A stretch of DNA of 64,000 bases from an uncultured Planctomycetota bacterium (GTDB lineage: Bacteria > Planctomycetota > Planctomycetia > Gemmatales > Gemmataceae), in the NCBI GenBank assembly GCA_963849325.1, contig CAWKHF010000010.1:160001-224000 (forward strand). Direction: 5' to 3'. Position 1 is the first letter of the stretch, and every line of letters starts with the position of its first letter. The translations under genes were made by a program, and so were the position numbers. Of the stretch, positions 56,931-64,000 are shown in pieces. Below the pieces are notes generated by a model. The model was not told the origin of the DNA. It was given only the letters and a program-made list of their open reading frames with translations, and did no database searches.

Positions 56931-58404
56931 ATGACCACCTCGCGCACCCCTGTCCTCTCCGCCACGCCGCATCGTGAACCGGCGCACTCTCGCCGCGACT
57001 TCCTGGCGCGGGCCGGCGGCGGTCTGGGCTTGCTGGCCCTGCTGGACCTCCTCGAAACCGACGCACGCGGCAGCGAGAATCCGCTCTCGAAGGACGCCAA
57101 CCCTCTCGCCGCCCGGCAACCGCGTTTCGCAGGCCGCGGCCCGAAGCGTCATCTGGTGTTTCCTCGACGGCGGTCCCAGTCACATCGACCTTTTCGATCC
57201 CAAGCCGGCGCTGACGAAGCTGGACGGCCAGCCGCTGCCGGGTTCGTTCAAGCGGCCGGTGACGGCGATGGGGCGCACGGCCTACACGCCACTGTTGGCC
57301 TCGAAACGCCGCTTCCAACAGCACGGCCAATCGGGCCTGTGGGTCAGCGACTGGTATCCCGAGATCGCCACCTGCGCCGACGACCTGGCCGTCCTCCGCG
57401 GCTGCTGGGCGGACGGACTCAATCACGTCGGCAGCGTCTGCCAGATGAACAGCGGCAGCGTCCTCGGCGGCCGGCCGTGCCTCGGTTCGTGGGCGCTGTA
57501 CGGACTCGGCAGCGTCAGCGACAACCTGCCGGGTTTCGTCGTCCTGCTCGACTATCCCGAAGACCCGCCCGGCGGAGCGCGCAACTGGTCCACCGGCTTC
57601 ATGCCGGCCACCTACCAGGGCACGCGCTTCCGCGACGGCAAGACGCCGGTCCTGCACCTGCGGCCGCCGCTGTCCGAGTCGGGTCCGGCCCAGCGGAGCA
57701 AGCTCGATTTCGTGCAGGAGCTGAATCGCCGTCACCGTGCCGCACGCGGCGAGGACCACGACCTGGACGCACGCATCGCCTCCTACGAGCTGGCCTATCG
57801 CATGCAGTCGGCCGCGCCGGAGGCGGTCGATCTGTCGCGCGAGACGGAAGAGACGCGCCGGCTGTACGGCCTGAACGACAAGACTACGGAGCGCATGGGC
57901 CGCAACTGTCTGCTGGCTCGCCGCCTCGTCGAGCGCGGCGTGCGCTTCGTGCAGCTGTACTGCGGCTCCGGCAGCAAGTGGGACGCCCACAGCAACGTCG
58001 AAGGCAATCACGCCCGCTATTGCCGCGAGAGCGATCGGCCGATCGCCGGATTGCTCAAGGATCTCAAGCGTCGCGGCCTGCTGGAGAGCACGCTGGTCGT
58101 TTGGGGCGGCGAGTTCGGCCGCACGCCGATGAGCGAGAGCGGCAACGGCCGCGATCACAACCCCTACGGCTTCACGACCTGGCTGGCCGGCGGCGGCGTC
58201 AAGGGCGGCATCGTCCACGGCGCCACCGACGACATCGGCCTGTACGCGGTCGAGGATCGGGTCCACGTCCACGATCTGCACGCCACCATCCTGCACTGTC
58301 TGGGACTCGATCATCGCAAGCTCACCCTGCTGCACGACGGCCGCGATGAGCGCCCGACCATCAACGGCGGCCACGTGGTCGCCGAAATCCTCAAGAATGC
58401 CTGA
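56931..58404 (+). CDS. DUF1501 domain protein (frameshift near 57135)
   Basis: SRRDFL; GGPSHIDLFDPKP, CLLARRLVERGVRF, WDAH, GEFGRTP, GRDHNP. Confidence 0.9.
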
Positions 58405-58619
58405 GTCCGATCCTCGCCCTTTCGGCTCCTGCGCCGCACAACGGCCCGCGGTTTCCAGGGTCATCTTGACTCCGGCGGTCGCAACGGGCCACAATGGGTT
58501 CATGATGTGAATTCGCTGTCATTCGTCGAACCGAGCGGCCTCACGCCGCTTGCCGCGTCGATGAACCGCGCACCGCATCGTTGCGGAGAAGAGGTCCACC
58601 ACAGCCGGAGAGACTTGGC

Positions 58620-59033
58620 ATGAGCAGCAACCCGCGGAAACTCGCGGCGACTTCACGAGACGCTCGAAGGGCTGCGCGTTCGACCTCGGACGCGACCTCC
58701 GCTCTGGCCGGCATGATCCGCTCCATGAGCGCCGGGCCCGCCCTGGACGAGCAGCTCAGCCGAGCCTTCGCGCGTCTGAGCCACCAGATGTACTCGCCGG
58801 GACTTTCGACGACCTGGGCCGGCACTCAGCAATTGATCGAATCGCTGACTCGTCTCGGTTACTATGTGGAAGTGCAGGCGCATGCGGACCATTGTCACTG
58901 CCGCGTGTCGCGCGTGCTGAAAGGCAACGCCATCGCCAAACAGCTGGCGAGCACGGATGCCTCCTCGCTGCCGGAGGCCGTCGCCAAGGCTGCCTTGCTC
59001 ACGCTGGTCGAGGTCGAACCTCCGTCGGCATGA
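58620..59033 (+). CDS. Hypothetical protein, phage ABA-sandwich-like
   Basis: MSAGPALDEQL...LSTTWAG...LPEAVAKAAL pattern; upstream TTGACT-N18-CACAAT. Confidence 0.45.
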   Translation: MSSNPRKLAATSRDARRAARSTSDATSALAGMIRSMSAGPALDEQLSRAFARLSHQMYSPGLSTTWAGTQQLIESLTRLGYYVEVQAHADHCHCRVSRVLKGNAIAKQLASTDASSLPEAVAKAALLTLVEVEPPSA

Positions 59034-60779
59034 TCCCCATGCGGAAGGCAGAAGGCAGAATGAATGCGAGGCAGCCCGGCGCAACCGGGAGTCGTGGTTG
59101 GTTTTTATTCTGCCTTCTGTCTTCCACCTTCTGCATGGGTTCGGTGCCCGCGAGGACGGATCCACCTCCGCCGGACGCGGACGTTGCTTTCGCGGAGAGA
59201 GCGTTGCGCGCCGCCGGCGTTGCGACCGATGGATCCAGTGTCCTGGCGTTTATCCGCGAACACACCCTCTCGGAAGAGGAGCTGGAACGCCTGGCCGTCA
59301 CGGTTCGCCAACTCGGCTCTCCGGAGTTTGAAGCGCGCGAGAAGGCCAGCCGGAGTCTCATCACCGCCGGCCGGGCCGCCCTGCCCCATCTGCGTCCGGC
59401 CTTGATGGACCCCGACCTGGAAATCGCCCGCCGCTCACGAAGTTGCATGGAGGAGATCCAGCGCAGCCCGACGCCGGTCCTGATGACGGCGGCGGCGCAG
59501 CTGGTGAAGGACCGCCGGCCGCTCGGGTCGGCGTCCGTCTTGTTGGCCTATTTGCCCTGCATCGACGAGGAGCCGGTCGAGGACACCTGGTTTGACGTCC
59601 TCGGCGTCGTTGGCGTGGTTGATGACCGGCCGGACCCCGCCTTGCTGGCCGCCCTCTCCGACAAACGATCCATCCGCCGCGCCGCCGCCGCCCACGTCCT
59701 CGGCCGCACCTCTGCGCCCGAGCTGCGCCGCCGTGTCACACCGCTCCTTGCGGACCCCGATCCTCGCGTCCGCTTCGAGGCCGCCGCCGGTCTGCTCCGT
59801 TTCGGCGAGCAAAAGGCGGTGCCGGTCCTGACCATGCTGCTGAGCGATGCTCCGCTGTCGATCGCCTGTCAGTCGGAATACCTCCTTTGCCTGCTCGCCG
59901 ACGGCCAGGGTCCGGCGGCGACACTCAATGAGGGCGATGGCGCCTCACGTCGCGCTTGTCGCACGGCCTGGGAAGCGTGGTGGCAAAAACACGGAGATCG
60001 CGCCGATGTCAACCGGCTTGCGCGTGAGCCGCCGCCGCGCGGCCTGACGGTGGTCTGTGAGTACGACGGCGCGGAGGATGGCGGCCGCGTCTGGGAGTGG
60101 GGACCGGCCGGAGAGCTGCGCTGGCAGGTCCCGCGCCTGGAGGGGCCCAACGACGTCCAGGTCCTCCCTGGAGGCCGCGTCCTCATCGCCGAGCGCAACG
60201 CCCAGCGCGTCACCGAGCGCGATCATCAAGGCAAGGTGCTCTGGCGGCACTCGGCTTCCGGCAACCCCATCGCCTGCCAGCGCTTGCCCAACGGCAACAC
60301 GCTCATCGCCACGTTCCGCGAGCTGTATGAAGTGACCATCGATCAGAAGCCGCGTTTTCAGCCGCAGCGACCGCCGGGAGTTCCGCCACGCTCTCAAGCT
60401 GCCCAACGGCCACGTCCTCTACGTCACGCGCAACGGCCAACTCGTGGAGCTGGATGCATCCTGGAAGCATGAGATCCGTGTCATCCAGCCCGAGAACCAT
60501 TCCGCCGGCGCGACCTACTGGGCCAGCGTCGAGCCGCTGCCCAATGGCCGCTATCTGCTGGCGCTGGGCGGCAGCAACCGCGTCATCGAGATCGACGCCG
60601 CCGGCAAGGTCCACTGGCAATGCGCCATCCCCTCGGCCGTCTTCGCCACGCGGCTGCGCAATGGGCACACGCTGATCTCTTCATTCGAGGGACATGCGGT
60701 GATCGAGGTCGATCGGGCCGGGAAGGAAGTGCGCAAACAACGACTGCGAGGTCGGCCCTTCGCCGTGCGCCGCTACTAA
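59030..60779 (+). CDS. HEAT-repeat + beta-propeller protein (frameshift near 60360)
   Basis: LGSPEFEAREKA, LADPDPRVRFEAA; repeats LPGGRVLIA, LPNGNTLIA, LPNGRYLLA, LRNGHTLIS. Confidence 0.75.
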
Positions 60780-60782
60780 AAA

Positions 60783-60871
60783 AGTTCTGAGTTCTGAGTT
60801 CTGAGTTCTGAGTGAAAGACAAGAAAAGTCGTTTTTTTTACTCAGAACTCAGAACTCAGAACTCAGAACTT
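60783..60871. repeat. Perfect inverted heptamer hairpin (AGTTCTG)4/(CAGAACT)4
   Basis: 32-bp perfect arms 60783-60814 and 60840-60871, 25-bp spacer, between convergent genes. Confidence 0.95.
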
Positions 60872-60876
60872 GGAAT

Positions 60877-61662
60877 TTATGCCGCGGCGGGCAGGTAACG
60901 CAGTTCCGCCAGGATTTCGTGCGTCAGCACGTTCTCCAGTTCGGCCAACGCCCGGGCCACGGTGGCGCCGTCCAAAACTCGATGATCGTAGATGATGCGC
61001 ACATCGACCGAGCCGTCCGGCTCGATGACGCCGTAGTTGAGTGTCGTCGTCAACAGCGACAGCGGATGCAGCGAAGACGCGCCGAGTCCGGCGTACACCG
61101 TAATGCCGGACGTGCCCATGAAGGCGGCGCGCTTGCGTCCCCAGACGTTGAGGCCGATCCACATCAGCATTCGCCGCAGCGGTCGCGGAAAGCGGTTCAT
61201 CAGCAGAATGCGCCGGTAATCGCCGATCGTTTCCAGCGGTTGCTCCTTGAAGCGCCGCAGCCGAAGGTCGATGTCGGCGAGACTGAGCGTTTCGGGCTGA
61301 CGGATGGGAGCGAAGAAGACGGCGTCCTCGTCGCCGAACTTGCGTTCGATGGCCACGGACGTGACGTTGATGGGGTGCTCGTACAGGTGCGGCCGAGGGA
61401 AGGACATGTAGGCGCGTCGCAGCGGCGGCCGGGCGGCGGTGACGAAACCATACGCCTTGGTGAAGAGGGCGCACCAGCTGGGCCGCAGGCCGGTGGCGGC
61501 GCGAGCGGCGACGACGGCCTCCAGCTTCATGCGTCGCTGCACCGGCACCGACGGGATTTGCCGCGCGAAATGCAGATAATCGCAGATGAGTTGTCGCGGC
61601 AGTGATAGCGGGATCGATACGCCGGCGGGTTGGGACATCCATGCACCTCCTGATTTCGCCAT
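60877..61662 (-). CDS. Stand-alone 2-oxoacid dehydrogenase E2-type acyltransferase catalytic domain
   Basis: YDHRVLDGATVARAL; no lipoyl domain. Confidence 0.75.
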   Translation of the reverse strand: MAKSGGAWMSQPAGVSIPLSLPRQLICDYLHFARQIPSVPVQRRMKLEAVVAARAATGLRPSWCALFTKAYGFVTAARPPLRRAYMSFPRPHLYEHPINVTSVAIERKFGDEDAVFFAPIRQPETLSLADIDLRLRRFKEQPLETIGDYRRILLMNRFPRPLRRMLMWIGLNVWGRKRAAFMGTSGITVYAGLGASSLHPLSLLTTTLNYGVIEPDGSVDVRIIYDHRVLDGATVARALAELENVLTHEILAELRYLPAAA

Positions 61663-61727
61663 CGCTAGGGCGACGGACCTTCTATCATGCCGTCCCGCCG
61701 GGCAAAAGCAACCTCACTTGCATCCGC

Positions 61728-62963
61728 TCACAGTTCGTCCAGCGCCTGCAACAGTCGATCGATCTCCGCGAAGGTGTTGTAATGTACCAGTCCAATCCGC
61801 AGCAATCCGCCGCGTTCTTCCAACCCCAGGCGTTCGGTCAGCTCCAGCGCATACATATTGCCATTCCAGGTGTAAATCTCCCGGCTCGCCAGGTGCTCCG
61901 CGATTTGCAGCGGCGTGCGATCCATCGCCGTGATCGACACGGTTGGCACGCGCTCGTCGAGTTGTTCGCGTCGTGTGATGCCCCAGACACGGAAGCGCGG
62001 CCGGGCGTTGAGTCCCTCCAGGAGGCGGCGGGCCAATTGCGATTCATAATCGCGGATGGCGGCGAAGGCCGCATCAAGTCGTTGTCGGCGCGGGGCCTTG
62101 GGATCGGTCCCGTCGGCGAGGCCGGCAAGGTAATCGATGGCCGCCACGGTTCCGGCGAGACCCTCGTGGTTTTGCGTTCCGGTCATCCAGCGCCCCGGCA
62201 ACTCCTCCGTCGCTGGCCGCACCTTGTACGCCGGCAGACTCATCAGCAGCTCGCGCCTCCCCCACAGGATGCCGATGTGTGGGCCGAAGAACTTGTACGC
62301 CGAACACGCCAGGAAATCACAGCCCCAGTCCTGCACGTCGATGAGTCCGTGCGGAGCGTAATGCACCGCATCCAGATAAACGAGCGCCCCCGCCTCGTGG
62401 GCCAGGCGCGTGATCCGGCGGACATCATTGACCGTGCCCACTGCATTCGAGGCGCACGTCAGCGCGAGAAGACGGACCTTCGGCCCGAGTCGCCGGCGCA
62501 GGTCGTCGAGGTTGAGAGTGCAATCCTCTGGGTGAATGTCCACGAAACGAACCGTGGCCCCCGCGTCGCGCGCCGCCAGCACCCACGGGCTGACGTTGGC
62601 ATCGTGATCCATGCGCGTGACGTGTACTTCGTCGCCCGGACGCAGCGTGCGGCCGAACGCTCGGCTGACCTGGAAGGTGAGTGTCGTCATGTTGGGGCCG
62701 AAGACGATTTCGTCGGCCGAGGGGGCGTTGAGGAGGTCGGCCGCGGCCTGGTGGGCTTTGTGCAGGATGGCGTCGGACAGGCGACTCGTGGTGAAGACGC
62801 CGCCGTGGTTGGCGTTGCAGGTGGTCAGATACTCGGTCATGGCGTCGATCACCCGTTGCGGCACCTGCGTTCCGCCGGGTCCATCGAGGAACACCGGCGT
62901 TCGCCCTTCTCTCGTTTGCTGCAAGGCGGGAAACTGTCGGCGACTTGCTTCCACGTCGAACAT
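61728..62963 (-). CDS. Cysteine desulfurase-like class V PLP enzyme
   Basis: FLDGPGGTQVP, DHDANVSPW, ASNAVG, DAVHYAPH, SAYKFFGPH. Confidence 0.9.
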   Translation of the reverse strand: MFDVEASRRQFPALQQTREGRTPVFLDGPGGTQVPQRVIDAMTEYLTTCNANHGGVFTTSRLSDAILHKAHQAAADLLNAPSADEIVFGPNMTTLTFQVSRAFGRTLRPGDEVHVTRMDHDANVSPWVLAARDAGATVRFVDIHPEDCTLNLDDLRRRLGPKVRLLALTCASNAVGTVNDVRRITRLAHEAGALVYLDAVHYAPHGLIDVQDWGCDFLACSAYKFFGPHIGILWGRRELLMSLPAYKVRPATEELPGRWMTGTQNHEGLAGTVAAIDYLAGLADGTDPKAPRRQRLDAAFAAIRDYESQLARRLLEGLNARPRFRVWGITRREQLDERVPTVSITAMDRTPLQIAEHLASREIYTWNGNMYALELTERLGLEERGGLLRIGLVHYNTFAEIDRLLQALDEL

Positions 62964-63090
62964 GAGACACCTCACCACGGCACTCGAAACAGAAAGGGCT
63001 TTTCTAGCGGCCAACACGGAAAAAAGGAGTCTCCGCGATCATCGCGGCTCGCTCGGCTTGCGGTATTGACCCTCTGCGCAGCACACTCCC

Positions 63091-63212
63091 TCTCGTTCCC
63101 AAGCTCTGCTTGGGAACGCAAGTTTGCGAAGCTCTGCTTCGCGGCCCGTCGCCGATGGGGTGGGAAGCATAGCTTCCCGACGTGCGTTCCCAAGCAGAGC
63201 TTCGGAACGAGA
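63091..63212. repeat. Composite REPIN-like element, family E
   Basis: 30-bp outer arms TCTCGTTCCCAAGCTCTGCTTGGGAACGCA (1 mismatch), each self-palindromic, enclosing two smaller GAAGC-N3-GCTTC hairpins. Confidence 0.85.
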
Positions 63213-63289
63213 GAAACCGCCGTGCCGCCCAGCAGATCACTGCCCGGATTGCGCTGGCCGCCCTCGCGGCGCAAGCGTAAATTGCCTGC

Positions 63290-64000
63290 ATGGCGAACCT
63301 CCCTCTTCTCCCCGCGACGGTCATCGGCAGCTGGTCCTTCCCCGGCTGGTATGCGAAGTTCTGCGACGACGCGGCACGTCATCCCGAGTTATTTGGACCC
63401 GACGACCGCGAGGAGGCGCTGCGCGACGCCGTGCGGCTGGCGGTGGACGACCAACTCCGCGCCGGCGCCGACCTCATCACCGACGGCGAGATGCAGCGCG
63501 TCGATTTCAACCTCGGCTTTTACGATTACCTGACGGGCATCGAACCGCTGCCGCCGGCGCGGCGCTGGGGTCCGCCGGCCCACGATCAGCGCAGCCGCTA
63601 TCGTTGTGTCGCCCCGCTCGCCGCGCCGAAGGGTCTCGGCCTGGTCGAGGAGTACAAACGTCTGCGGACGATCGCGTCCGTTCCCGTGAAAGTGCCGGTG
63701 CCGGGACCGTTCACGCTGGCCGGCTGTTTGCAAGGCGGCGACGTGTACCGAGACCGCAACGAGATCACCGCTGCCCTGCTGCCGCTTGTCAACCGCGAGA
63801 TGCGCGCCCTGGTCGATGCCGGCGTGGACTTCATTCAGCTCGACGAACCGAGTTTCGCCTGCCGCCCCGATCATCCCGAGGAGTTTCTCGACCTCATCGA
63901 GCGCACCGTCGCCGACGTGAAGGCGACGATCAGCATGCATATGTGTTTCGGCAATTATCGCGGCCGCGCCGTCGGCCATCGCAGCTATCGGCCGCTGTTT
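63290..64000 (+). CDS. Cobalamin-independent methionine synthase II (MetE C-terminal-like) family protein, runs off window
   Basis: TVIGSW, ITDGEMQR, PGPFTL, FIQLDEP, MHMCFGN; frameshift near 63310. Confidence 0.85.
   Translation, partial: MANLPLLPATVIGSWSFPGWYAKFCDDAARHPELFGPDDREEALRDAVRLAVDDQLRAGADLITDGEMQRVDFNLGFYDYLTGIEPLPPARRWGPPAHDQRSRYRCVAPLAAPKGLGLVEEYKRLRTIASVPVKVPVPGPFTLAGCLQGGDVYRDRNEITAALLPLVNREMRALVDAGVDFIQLDEPSFACRPDHPEEFLDLIERTVADVKATISMHMCFGNYRGRAVGHRSYRPLF

Noticed and set aside
63000-63290. Cobalamin or SAM riboswitch upstream of the MetE-like gene
   Set aside because: The structure is explained by the nested palindromic repeat; no B12-box or SAM-I core recognised

Overview
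GC-rich bacterial DNA, very likely a planctomycete (Gemmataceae-like). The basis is four DUF1501 genes, three DUF1549/DUF1553 genes, a DUF1559 fragment, a LEPR-XLL secreted protein and a sulfatase. Many conserved genes are split by frameshifts and two carry an in-frame TAG, which points to an unpolished long-read assembly rather than mass pseudogenisation. The backbone holds pgm, a sugar ABC pair, an MBOAT/SGNH pair, eda-kdgK-nnrE, hpf-ptsN-ptsH-ptsI, rne, an lptD-like gene, dgkA, an M20 peptidase, an orphan sdhC, a cysteine desulfurase-like gene and a MetE-like gene. The best novelty candidate is a frameshift-free ~4.2 kb cassette (16.5-20.7 kb): a MORC/MutL-type GHKL ATPase convergent with an XRE regulator plus an amino-DNA methyltransferase. 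It has no recognisable nuclease, and both promoters carry palindromes. Next to it is a promoter-to-terminator unit of ~70 nt with no ORF (candidate CU-rich sRNA). Intergenic DNA also has several REP/REPIN families, hairpins built from inverted 7-8-nt tandem repeats, and a ~36-unit GCGCCAT array. No rRNA, tRNA or CRISPR array was seen. All family calls come from motif recognition by eye, not from database searches.
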